The notes: a model not told the origin generated them from the sequence alone. A stretch of 64,000 nt of DNA from Fimbriosthenelais zetlandica (GCA_977030845.1 OZ365115.1:10168001-10232000), one strand, 5' to 3'; shown: positions 40,150-52,825, counted from the first letter of the stretch. Numbers and translations are program-made.

Positions 40150-43100
40150 TCATAGGTGGCTCTCAACTTTAAGAAATTGTTGGATGAATCCGTTTAGTTC
40201 GCTGTCTAGGTAACCTGCCTTGTTCCTGAAAGAAATAGAAAAATAATCAATCTAAATAGGCCTACCTATCAGCTTTAAAAATCAGTTTCGGCCTATTACA
40301 CTTTAGTATACGAATTATAATAAATATTTTATATAATCTGCTGAATACTGACTTGAGGAAGCTGGATCTGTTGGAGACCGTGTCTAACTTGCTGATCTCG
40401 GCTGTGAGTTTCTTCAGTTCCTCCTCCAGCTCTTCCTTAGCGATATCCACTTGGCGTGACAGGCGGCCAAACGTGGATTGCAGCTCCCTGATAATCAAAA
40501 ACAAAAATATTTTCAAAAATGTGTCAATTCGAGATATTCCAAGTAGTTCTGGTATAATTATATTATTTACGCTTTGCTAAGATGGTACATATTTAATCAA
40601 TTTTTCCTCGGAATTTTGTACCATATTTTGTACCATAGATGGATAATAATAGACTTACTGTTGTACTTGATGGCTTGAATTGGAGCTGGTGAGGTCGAGG
40701 ATAAGTTTCAGTTTGCCAGTGGCATAGTCCACATACTGCTTCTTGAAGCAGCGCTCCTTGGCCTTGTTGGTCCATGTAAGACGTTCATACAAATAGAGGA
40801 GGCCGTAACAGGCCCCACAGATAGCAATCACCCGCCAGCCTGCTGCTTTAGCAACCTGTAAAAAATGTGAATGAATATATAAAGGGACAAAGTACAAACG
40901 CCCCCACCCCCACACCCACCCCCAGTTTATTTAACCTTTCACGGCCTACTAGAAAATTTAAAATCTACTGACTTTGCCCAACACAGAGAGAATGGTAAAC
41001 CTATTTATAAAAGGCAATTTGAACAAGTAATTTAATTCCCTCCATTTAAATGTAATTAATATGTTGTCAATATAGTTTTGTTGGTAACGTACCAGACCAC
41101 TGATGGCTAGAGCACCTATGGTAGACCTGGAGTAGAGAGAGGAGAAGGTGGTAATAGCTGAGAGGATTAACTCCGTCTCCTGTCCGGGTGGTCCTTTATA
41201 TGTCTCATTACTGGGTGTCTGCGGGGTCGTCGGTATACTTGGTGGAATCTGAAGAGAAAATTGTTAATTTCTCAATCTTCAATTACCGTAAGCAATATGG
41301 AAGGGATTTTTTCAAAGCAATGAACAGCTCCAATATTGACGAAATCATAAAATTTATAAATTCAAAATATTTTTTTTAACTGATGGACTCACATCTGGGT
41401 AGTTCCTGAGAATCCTACTGGTGCCTTTGGGACCCAGGAATCGATTCATCAGAGTAGTGAGGCCCAGAGAGAAGCGGAACTCAATGTCTTCCCTGAAGTC
41501 ACCACAGAGACTCCGACAGTCGAGGCGGTAGGTCACCTCAAATTCCTTATTGGGGATAAAATTGAGAGCCTGTTGCTTGGCTTCCGCAGGTAACAGGGCG
41601 GTCAGGCGTTCTGCCAAAATCAGAAAAAATACAGAGCTTGATTTGTATTCTACGAGACAAACATTGATGAAAATACCAGAAAGTAAAAACCTAATACTTG
41701 AAAATATTATTTCAATATTACTCCTTAAATATTAAAATTTCTATTTCCAAATGATATCATAATTTATACATAGATAATATAGATTAATATGTCATGTAGT
41801 TAGAATTTGGAAGGGCAAAAGCATGCAAGAAGAAGCAATTGGTCATGTGCTCGAGTCAGGGGAAGTAAAATGTGTCAACAGTAGTGATGGAAAAGTAGGC
41901 CGGCAGTAGCACGAAGTCTTCAAGTGTTTTTTTCCCACGTATGGCATGTTTGATTGGGGACTTTTTATACATATATACATGTATCTGAGGAGCATCAACT
42001 ATTCTCTCTCATTAGAGGCCAAGCTATGATAAATAGCTGTGGATATTGCATCCAACAAAGCTAGCCAGTTAGAGCAAGTCAGTTATAAATGTTTTTAAAA
42101 GAACTTCGATTTATCCACTAAGCAGTTCAAAGCAAGGACTTGCCTTGAACAAAACATTTATATGAAACATAAGCTATCTCTTCGAGGCAATATTTTCAGC
42201 AACAATCCACTCACTGGCCGATGGCCTTAAGCCTGGGTCAATCTCCCATGTCCAAAGTGAGGAGCAAACAAGACGTCATAATTGGCTTTAGCTCTCTTTC
42301 TCTCATACCTGTCATTTCACTGCAAGTTTGGTAGACTCCGGCTGCTAGCTGAGTGGAGAGACGCTCCTGTAAATTACGACCTATGGCACTCTCTACGTGT
42401 ACATACAGCTCCTAGTTCACACAGACAAAAAAACAGACTCATGCCATAAATAAAGGCAAGCCACACATAAAGCATTTCCCAGCTGCTTGGGCACAACAAC
42501 ATAGAGGCTGTACACAGCTTTAGGGCTAACTTCCCATTGTCAGAGAAATGTCACCATTTTCTTTCATAACAGGTTATTCCAATGTTGCATCTAAGGTACC
42601 TATATAAAACTGGAAAGGCAAATCAGAAAGCTCATGGTATTTTGATATTTGAACCCATATTACCTGGAGGATTTAGTCTGAAAAGTGAGATTTCTCTTCC
42701 AAAGGGACAGTCAACCCCTTTGTTCTCTCACAGGGAAGACAGTTTGTGCAAGAAGGCAAATATCTTAGGAAAATGAAAATTTGGTGCGGTTTGGACAAAA
42801 ATAAACCTGCCGGATGTCTGTAAATGAAATGAGGGAGATGACAGGGGCGACAGAGAAGGAAAAACAGAAAAGAAAGTGTGAGAAGAGGTGGGAGAAATTT
42901 AGTCCGTCTCCATGGACCTCTCATTATTAATGTATGGTTTTCATTCAGGTATGGGGGACATATATAGAGGTATGTCGGAGGGGAGGGTTACCTTGTATAT
43001 CATGATTAGTTGAGGCGATAACCTGCTCTATGAAGGAAGAACAGCGACTGTGCAGGTTCCGCCCCAACACATCCTCCATGTGAAAGTGTAGCTCCTTCAA

Positions 43101-46100
43101 ATAATATTCAACTTGTGTTCAATTGGTGGTGGTTTTTCAATATTTTATAAACCGTCAATAATAAAATTACTTAACTAGAATATAGTAGAATAAAGACAAA
43201 CTATCTCTTACCGACTAGACTTACCAGGGGTATCAGATATACCGTTTTTTCTTGTTTTTTTTAAATAATTAATTTCTGTCAACATCATTGGTACCAGTAG
43301 CAGGTTTTCATGATTATTAAAACAAAATAATCTTGCCGAATCTAAATCTGTTGAAGGTCGTTCTATGACTATGAGGTTTGTTTACCTTCTTATAAACGTT
43401 GAGGAGCATGGCATCAGGATGGAAGGGCCTATCAAACTCGTCCACAAGTAATGCTAGTCGCCGAATCTCCTCAGTCAATGCACTCGAAACCTGAAAGAGT
43501 TAAGATGAATTGGGAAATGTTCAGGCTATCTCACTCTCACTATTCCCCTATAACAATTTTTATGACGAAAGATACATGTGTAGAACTAAAATCTCCAATA
43601 GTCACAGGTCACGCCACAAACGCCTATGACAAGTTCTCTATTTCTTAGAATACAAGGAATATAGGGTTACACTGTAGGAAAGCTATCTGTACCGACCTTT
43701 CTGTCCACCTCCTCTGTCATATGCCGTATTTTGTCCTTTATCTCGCCTGTTAATAACGACAATTGTTTCTCTGTGTAGTCTAACTTATCCCGCAGCTCCT
43801 GCTGACTCAACTCACAATGATTCCTGATAAAAAGGAAGAAAGTATACGTATTCAAAAATCTATTACTGGATCAATTAATTCTCAAAATTTAATATAACTC
43901 TAACAAACATTTTAAACTAAAAACAAGAGCAAGGTTCATAAAAGATAAATGATTCTAAGATTGGAAAAAAATATATATATACTGCTTTCATGTACTACTC
44001 CTTTCATAATACTACCAGTTAGCCTTTTTTAATTGAAAATATATCAATTATTAAGGAGACAGTTGTTCGTCCTGGAAACATATATATTAAATTAAAATGT
44101 CAAACTTACTTCTTGACGATAGCACTCTCATAGACGTCATCCATGAGGAGGCGGAGGTGACAGGTGATCAGTTTACCATTCTCTGTGTGCTGGGCAAACT
44201 TAGTCTGAACGGCCGACTGGGAAATACATTCCTACAATGACAGAATTAATGCTATTACCTCCAAAATGTTAAGCTATAATTGGTTAATGATTCTTAAACA
44301 AAACCAACAACATATCAGAGACCAATAAATCTGTACCGACCTCAAATTTCCTCTCGAAGTTACAAAATTCGAAGAGTCTCCCTTGAAATCCGTCTAACAA
44401 AGCTCCGCCTGAAGCAAAAATTATTACATGAGATTGGAAACCCTGCCAGATAAAAGGAAGTGAAATTATCCAATAAATTATAATTACTTATTACATTCCA
44501 CACTGAATTGAATTGTACGGAACTTGGAAGAACTGCATCAGAATATTGAAATTCCTCGATAATTTAAGGATAATTTAAACTCTCACATTTTTAAAAAGCG
44601 GGGCAGCATTCCAGCTCTATGACAATATAGTTATATACACCGTACACACAGGATGGACTGCAGCAATTGACTGCTGAACGATATATCTCTTAAATTGCTA
44701 AAATATGTTGTTTTTAATTTTATCAGAGGTTTGTGTTTAGGCTTCTCAGACTATTATTTTCTACATCTAATTTTTAGCATGAATTGGACAAGTAATTTCC
44801 TTAATTTGCACATAAACAATATTTATGGGACCTTACTCAAGCTCCATAATATGACTATACCAATATAGAGAAGGGTAGAATGAGTGAGGATACAGGCGAG
44901 AGAAAAGTGTGCTGAAATTCAAAGTAAGTGAGAACACACAGAGAAAGTTGCTGGGTTTTAACGATGGGGACTGACTAGTGTAGTCATTGCTAGGAGTTTT
45001 CCAGATCATACTTTCAGCCCAATATGGGTCGGCTTTACCTGGGTGTGGCGCTGGAGCCAGAAGTGATAATTGGTCTCCCGGGAGACCCTCACTGTCAGCT
45101 GGGCAGAGGGGCACAATATGGGAGGTTTCAATAGTATCAAACATAAAGAACCTAATATTTATAACCATTAATAATGACAACTTCAAATAAACACAGTACG
45201 ACTTCAAAACAGTTTTATATCTCAAGGTTTACTTGCATTTTCTTTTAATCACAATCTAACCATGATATGATGGGAGTCATTAATTTTGGGTAGAGTAAAA
45301 ACACCTATTTGTTGATTGGGGATAGGAGGAAAGGAAAGAAGATAGCTCTGAGGACACTTCAATGTACTTACTAGGTGTAGGTGTTCCCTTTTCTTGGTTT
45401 GACCGGGAAATCAGGGCTTCCCGAGCTGAGACAAAGAAGACACGGTTCTCTGCTTCTTGTCTGGTCATCACTTTGAGTTCATCCACCAGGAAGGCAACAT
45501 TACGATCCCAATGTTGCTGCTTCACCTAAACCAGTCAAAAATGATAACCAAGGGGCATATTTAAGACTAGAAAGTAACATATACAATGATAAAATATGAC
45601 CAGACAGATAGATTGGTATATTGAACGATAAAATGTTATTCTAATAGATCTTAATCTTACCTCCTCCATAAATTCCGGCTCAGAAGCTGAGGCATCCCAA
45701 CGGTTGTTGAGGATGAATATATTAGGCTTGGATAATCTGGTGCTCACTTTATGGAAGAAATTCTTTTCCTAAAAAAGCAAAAATTAAGATTGAGATGGAA
45801 ACCGATTCATTAAAGCAATTGGAAAAAATTGGGTAAAATCCTTAGAAATATGGGAGGGCAGAAGTGAGATGGACTGACCGTTTGCATGAGTGTAGACTCC
45901 GCGTTGGCCACCAATACAAAGACATCAGCATCCAAACAGTGCTCGTCTATCCAACTGTCTAAATCAGGTGATACGTCTATACCAGGGCTAGAAAGTAAGG
46001 GCAAAAAATTAGAAATATTTTTTCAGAGGAACTATAGTTTTAAAGAGTACGCCTTCCAATATAAATTTATATCAATATTTGCAAATTGGGTATATTTTAT

Positions 46101-48824
46101 TAAAACAAATATTTATTAAATATTATCACTGTCTACTGTAGGATACTCACCTATCTACCAGTACGACATCGTCCCGAAGCAGACTGCATTCATTTTTAGG
46201 CCAACAGATCCGGATAAGACTGTCCTGATCTAACTTTGCATTGGAGAGAGCATGCGCTAATTGGCGAACAGTCTGGAAAATGAAGATAATTTAAACGATT
46301 TAAAGTCAATTCCCTTTATAAGCACTTAGAAATAAGAATGTATATATATATGTGCTGGCTATTATAAAAGAGTTAAGCTGGCTATTACCTCACAGAAAGC
46401 ATTGTGCGAACACTATGTTTTTGAATTTATTCTGAATATGTTCATTAGTATTTGAAGACAATGTTCATGAGTTGACATACCTGTAGGTTTTGTGGTGAGG
46501 AGTCGGCGTCAGTGAGGAGGTAAGCGGTTTCACTGTCACAACCCTCCACCTGTACAAAACAGTTCGTAGTGTGACCGATTCCTGACGGTAAGATCCGGTC
46601 CTTTAACATTGCATTAATTACCGTACTTTTCCCATTAGACGTCCTGAATAAATAAACCAACAATGTTTTAACAGGAGAAAACCTCCAGCTTTCAATATTT
46701 CAATTTAAGAGTTCAATCAATATCTGTAAATAGGTTTCGAGGATAAAAATATTCAATACTAACTTTGATTTTCAAAGTTTGGTCAATGGACAGAGACATT
46801 AAAATTACTAACCTTCCAAAAAAGGCCACCTTCATACGGTCCCTGCTGAGCATCTCCCTGATGCGGGCCACCTTCTGTATATAGGACTGCACCTGCTCCC
46901 TCTGCTCAGGTAAAACAATGCCATCCTCAGCGACTGGAAAACCAAACGTCTCATCATTCAATTTATCAAAATAACTCAAATAAGAGACTATTAATGACTG
47001 ACAGATCAATTTAGAGAATATTACGAAAATGGTATTGTGATTAGCCCTGTTGTACAAAGTTAAACTTATTTCAAGTTTGAGAAGTAAATTATGATGAGGC
47101 TAGACCTCAAAATGAGGAGCCATTTTTGTCGCCATTTTTGGCTCCCTATAAGCCAAGAAAGAAAAGAAAGAAGCCGGGGGAGGGGGCAATTTTATAATAC
47201 ATAATAAATTAATCATCGTCACTTTACTCAAAGATCGTTTAATAAACTGCTTCGGTTGTTTCAGTAGACTCGTAAAGATTTCAGCCTACCCCACTGTTTG
47301 TAGCTGACCAGTGGGCAGTGGTGAGGAGGGGGTGTTTCGTACTGCTAATATGTCCTAGCTTTTGACCCCATGTGAAGCTTTCTACCAGTACCCTGCTGGT
47401 GTGCTTGTGAAATACATGTCCACCTAAATGGTTGGCTTGTTGCTTCCAACTAAATACCCCCCCCCCCCCCCCCACCCACACCAATCACTCTACCCCTCGC
47501 CAATACACCCCCCCCCCCCCCGCCACATGGTGGCGGGTCCGATGCTCATCCTCCGACTCGGTCATAACTTTTACTAAACTACCCCCCCCCCCCCCTCTCC
47601 AATGGACACAACCGAGCGTCTTCTGTATGCGTGAAAGCTAAGGCCTGGCCTGTGCCTCGAACCCCACAGTGACACCAGCTACACACCCCCAGTCTGGGAG
47701 TAGGGGGGCAGTTAGTAGGGGGAGGGGTGTTATAGCTGGTGGTGGGTTCTAGTCAATCCCTAACTCTTAGCTTTTATCTGTGGAGCTTGCTTCACTGGTT
47801 TTCTAACAGGTGGCTCTCAACCTCCCACTGGTGGCTCTTCCAGATATATCCCGCCAACCCCCCCCCCCCCCCCCCTTCCCCATACCCTGCTATATAAACA
47901 CAACACTGCCTGAGGGGTGTAGTCGTCAGGGTATCTGGTGGCGACTGCAAGCCTTGGACATAATCAATCAGCAAGGCCATATTAATCAATCTACATGGGC
48001 CAAAGGTAAGTAATAATACGATAATTGATATCATGTTAATTTTACAATGCAGCAATTGGGTAGGATCAGACAGCTCTGATCAGATACTGGGTAATTCAAA
48101 CCAACATTCAAACCAAAAAACGCAACTTTTAACTTTGAAATTAGCCACTCACGTCATCCACCAAATTCCAATTTTGTAATTAGAGTTTTACAATGAGATC
48201 ATGAAACTGGTAGATGACTAGAAGTAGAATTCACCGTTTGTATAAGACTCACTCCTTTTAGCTATAGTTAATTTGGAGCGGGGAGTTAGTTGTTCACGGG
48301 CTGCCATGCCATCTCCTTTAAACAGAGTCACATTATATGGATGGGAGAATTAAGCATAAAATTAAAAAGATACTTTACTTGAGTAGCTATGTTTGCCGGC
48401 TTTCACTTAAAGGGGTAGGAGTATATATTTATTTATGTTATGATAAATTTCTTCTGCCCTGGAAATTATCTTTTAATTACCCGGTACTAACCATTCATCA
48501 ATCATGTAACTGTTATATGCTTACTGATTAAATTAAAACTTTTAAAGTGAAATTCATCACACTTAGTACATAATTAGTGTCGTCAAATGACAGTAGCCTT
48601 TTACAATCTTAATCATAATTTCTATCTTTCTTACCTCCAAGAAACTTGTGAGCTTCTTCAATATAATTGCCTATCTCCACATAGATGTGATTAATCTGCT
48701 TCTTAGCTTGTCCAAACAACTTGAGAGGGGAGGTCGGGGAGTGCCTGCCATTTCCCAGGTTCCGTGGACCCTCGGTAGGTGATGTGTCGGCCATCGATGT
48801 ACTCCGCCTTAGTTCACCTGACAT
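40150..48824 (-). CDS. Marf: Mitofusin (Marf/MFN), dynamin-like outer mitochondrial membrane fusion GTPase
   Basis: Exons: 48824-48635, 46933-46813, 46643-46481, 46272-46151, 45987-45879, 45768-45661, 45525-45372, 44408-44341, 44231-44110, 43823-43697, 43490-43386, [43094-42992 or 42411-42309], 41610-41393, 41248-41093, 40855-40659, 40487-40353, 40225-40150. Motifs: [14 protein letters not shown] (G1), GIGHTT, DSPGID, NNRWD, GWRVI...[11 protein letters not shown]-terminal heptad repeat. All phases are consistent. Confidence 0.97.
42309..42411 (-). CDS. Marf: Mitofusin alternative exon B of a mutually exclusive pair
   Basis: gaactag|...|gtatga, 103 nt, phase 0 to 1; [34 protein letters not shown]. 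Confidence 0.85.
42992..43094 (-). CDS. Marf: Mitofusin alternative exon A of a mutually exclusive pair
   Basis: tttgaag|...|gtaacc, 103 nt, phase 0 to 1; [34 protein letters not shown]. Confidence 0.8.
45039..45098 (-). CDS. Marf: Candidate 60-nt frame-preserving cassette exon of mitofusin
   Basis: cccctctgcccag|CT...G|gtaaag, phase 1 to 1, open, GC-rich against the surrounding intron; (T)[19 protein letters not shown](G). Confidence 0.5.
47457..47875. repeat. Cluster of four long poly-C runs with hairpins in a mitofusin intron
   Basis: C-runs at 47457-47473, 47508-47521, 47582-47595 and 47858-47875. Inverted repeats at 47521-47535 and 47674-47740. Confidence 0.75.
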
Positions 48825-49299
48825 CCTCTATATCTCTCGCTCTCTCCTATGACCAGGACACCTTTATGGCTTCAAGTATAAGAACATATTCAATTCAATA
48901 CTTTATTTCGGAAACATTTGACAGGCAAGACTATAGAGTTTTTTTTTTATTTTTTAATGTAGCCTACTTGAGTCTTGACATTATAAATTAGTCCATAAAT
49001 ACAAAGTCAAAGACAGAGGGTCATGACAACCTTTATGTAGATATAGTAATTATAAAAATAATATATTATAACATTAGATTACAAGTTTTACCATTACATT
49101 CATTTTCTTTTCCATAGAACTCGATAATCAAACACTTCAGACGAGACTAGTGCAGTAGTGAGTAGGGGACTTTATTCTCTGACACTGAGACGTTACTCTG
49201 TACCACTATATAACTACATTGTATAGTCTATGGAGAGTCAGACTGACACTGTCTCATTGGAGTCAGTCAGACCGAGGCGAGGGCTTGGCCTTGCCTTGG

Positions 49300-49721
49300 C
49301 CGCAGCTCAGCCACTTGTCACTCCACAGAGAGTATTCGGATCGATCTAAAGATTAAATAATCTATACTTGTGATATATATACCTGATTGTCACTTGATAT
49401 CCGAAACTTTAGAGAGCTTACATCCTTCAAGAAAATGTCCTTTTGATTATTTTGGAGTCCTCACGTTGCCGCACAATCTATGGAGGTCAACAGCGAAGTT
49501 ACAGGGTGTAATGATTTCGAGATTTACCCATTATCAAAATTATAAATCAGTTCAATCTAAAACTGTGACATAACAGGTAGATTAATTTTATGCTATCAAT
49601 AAGTTAAGAGGAATTGTTGATCTTGCTACCATGTTAATTCAATGTTAATTGAAATGTGTTATTTGTCACTGAGAAGAAATTGGAATTCCTCAACCTGCAT
49701 ACAATTTCTACTTCCGGTAGA
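49300..49721. promoter_or_regulatory. Putative bidirectional promoter between mitofusin and CENP-S
   Basis: The genes are divergent. ETS-type ACTTCCGG at 49710-49717 lies just before the CENP-S ATG. Confidence 0.5.
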
Positions 49722-50943
49722 ATGATGGCGGGCGCTGAAGAAGATTATGAACACTTGGCGGTGGAGCAGGTATTTACTCCTTAGCAGTTTTGTCATAGTT
49801 CGGATTAAGTAGAAATCAAAAAAGTAATACTAATGTGTTGATCATTGATGATCCTGGTCCATTTAGTCTATGGGAAATTGGTGTAATATGGCGGTATTTG
49901 GGTAGTTGTTTGAAGCTGAGCGATAATATGTGATACTGTCAATATCTATAGCCTAGGAACCCTAGACTAGTCTGACTTAGTCCTACTCTTACTCTTAGTA
50001 AGACATGGACATAGCCCAGAACAATTAAATAAATTTTGAGAAGATTTATTTATTCACATGGCGTGGAAACACAACTCATGATATGATTAAAACAGACTTT
50101 AAGTCACTTACGACTGTTTGGTCATGTAAAAAATGCCGGTGAAATTAAATTTACCGGTAAATGTTTTATTACCTGTAGTCTACCCGTACTTGAAATACCC
50201 GGTACGGTATATCATATATATGTAGGCCCAAACCTATTTAGTAATTAATGTGGCAGTAATGTCATTATCATTATTTGATTTCCTGCAGCGCTTGAAAGCA
50301 GCTGTGCATTACTCAGTTGGGGAGCTCTGCAAGAGCTATCAACTTGAAGATGGGGAGCTGAGATACAGCAAACAATTCATTGCTGTCCTTTCAGAAGCAA
50401 CGTACAAATATGCTTGTACAATGGCCTCCGACCTTGAGGCTTTTGCTAAGTAAGTATTCTAAGTACAGGTACCGTGTTTAGTACACATTTACTTAAATTA
50501 GTATATATAATTTATTTGATTGAGATTAAACCATAATATGTTTTCTTTGATTTAGTCCTAGACATTTATCATGAGGACAGATACTATCTGCTAAAAGTTG
50601 GTTGTAAGAAATGTTTTCATTTATTATAGACATGGCAAAAGAGCGAACATCAACGTGGAAGATGTGAAGTTGCTTGTTCGTAAAAGTCGAGACTTGGTAA
50701 GGATACCATGCAGTACCGTACCAGTAAATTTCCTATAAATAAAGTATCAAGGCAACATATATGTGTTATAGAAAATCTGTTGAGCCTAGAGGTGTTGAAT
50801 TGTAATTATCTTTTCAGCATGCTCATATTTCGGACTTGGGAGATCAGCTAACAAATGAAAGTGAAGAAAAAAAAGCCAAGGCCAAGAAAAGTCGACCCAA
50901 GAAGAATGCAGCAGCAGCTACAGTTGAATCAGACGGGGACTGA
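49722..50943 (+). CDS. CENPS: Centromere protein S (MHF1/APITD1), histone-fold protein
   Basis: Exons 49722-49769, 50289-50449, 50630-50696 and 50818-50943. Translation: QRLKAAVHYSVGELC...FSKQ-like YSKQFIAVLSE...DLEAFAKHGKRANINVEDVKLLVRKS, with a basic tail. Confidence 0.93.
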
Positions 50944-51257
50944 TAGTTAGTCACAAATTTTTCTCATTTTTCCAAACAAAAATTAAAACTAAAAGCAAAT
51001 CTTTAGAAGGATCAAAAGAAAATTGAGATGCTAAGTTTTAAGTGGATGTAGGAATACTGTAAATGCTTAAGTTACAACCGTATTTTTGTTAAAATTTATT
51101 CACATAATTCCGATTGCTCCACAAAGTGAAGTCATCAGGAGTCATTCACAACATTCATACAAATATGATTGTGAAATTCTTTTTTATGAAATACAACTGG
51201 TACCTAACGATAATAAAATTTAAAATTTATGTATATTATAGCACTGAACGAATCCCA

Positions 51258-52825
51258 TCAATTCTTCTTCTTTTTGCCTTTATGAGTAGTAGGAGGAGGT
51301 GGATTGGATGTAGAGATTTCTTCCGTTGATGGTCTTGCTTTCAACCATTGTAAAGGTTTCAAGCGATACATGGGCCATGGTGGGAGTGTGAGCTGAAAAG
51401 TAATATAAACCCATTATAAGTCAGATGGAAACAACAGATGATCATGCTATAAAATCGTGTACACTATGTAAGTTGAAAATATAGGGAAAACTTTAGCAAA
51501 TAATACAATAAGTTACTCGTGTCTCGACATGAATCCATAATCTAGTTAGGATTTTGTAAAAGTTATCTTAGCAATATTGTCAAATTATACTGAATCAATG
51601 AAATATTTTGTACTTCACGCTGACTTACAATACATGATAGTCCAAATCCAGCGCACAATATGTACATGGTCTGGGAAAACTGTTGACAGATGTATCCCCA
51701 GACAAATCCAACGACCTGTAGACGAGAAAATGGTTTTAATTGTCAATAAGACCTATGTTAGGGTAACCGGTTTTAGTGGGGATCTGATATTTCATATGGA
51801 AATAATGATTAGATACGATAATAATTAAGGGCAATATCATACGTTTCGACACCGTGAACTTCGTCTTTGTATGGTGCCGTAGGCCTAAGCCCATGTGAAA
51901 TAAGGCAATACATGTAACGTTTTAGCGGTAGGCCTACTTACTGCGAAGAGTATAATAATCACTTGGAATGTCCTTTCTGCTCTTCTCTGGCCCTCATAGT
52001 CCTTTAAGAAAGAAAACAATACCGTAAGTCAAAAACAGTATTTTAAATCAAAATAGACAAGTAAATTACTGACGTAATATCAATAGGTCTCTTATAACAG
52101 GGTTCGTACGTCCTTAAAAAGTCATTAAATCTGCATTAGGGGCCTAATTAAAGTGTCATGAAATTTCCGAGATGCTCAAAAAGTCATGAAATTTGATTGC
52201 CTATTATATTTAAAAGATGTATTTAGTGAAATTCCTGCTACATTTTATCCCGTCCGCTTCAGGGCTAAAAAGTAGGTAGTAAAATAAGGCCCTTAAAAAT
52301 TTTGAAAGGTCTACTGAAAATGTACGAATCCTGTATAATTACCATGACAATAATATTATAATCTATTACTCTAGCTCTTTAGGCCTATAACTGGGTATTT
52401 AGTTTTTGGTCAAAAAGCAACATCCAATAGCCTGAATAGGCAATAATATTGTTGCCTAAATTTAATAAATAGGCTAAAACATAAAAATGTATGTAATAAA
52501 GGAGTTATTTGAAACGGCTTTAATATTAAGGATATCGACAGAATAGACATGTATAATTTAAAAATCTAAACAAAGAACAGCATCTCACAATATGGTACAT
52601 CATTCAATGATGCACAGAAGTGACACGAATGCATGACGATACTGTCGATAGTGCTACACTACAGTGTCAGTGCTAACCTAACCGGCTAATGATGTTGGCT
52701 GTATGGTTACACAACAGTCGACCATTGTACCGAATCAAAATGATAGAAATCTCAAAACAGCCACATACCATATGGGTTGGAATGGATCTAAATTTCTCTG
52801 GCAGGAACTGTAGAAATACGTCCAT
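51258..52825 (-). CDS. SPCS1: Signal peptidase complex subunit 1 (SPC12)
   Basis: Exons 52825-52769, 52001-51942, 51715-51629 and 51392-51258, all phase 0. Translation: IPTHMDYEGQRRAERTFQVIIILFAVVGFVWGYICQQFSQTMYILCAGFGLSCILTLPPWPMYRLKPLQWL. Most of it is absent from the ORF track. Confidence 0.93.
52098..52333. mobile_element. MITE with CAGGGTTCGTAC terminal inverted repeats (hAT-like) in SPCS1 intron 1
   Basis: Left end cagggttcgtac and right end gtacgaatcctg (one mismatch). Internal aagtcatgaaattt-type subterminal repeats. TATAA flanks both sides. Confidence 0.6.

Noticed and set aside
44833-45225. 130-aa minus-strand ORF as a separate gene
   Set aside because: Only the 60-nt core has splice signals; it is treated as a candidate mitofusin cassette exon.
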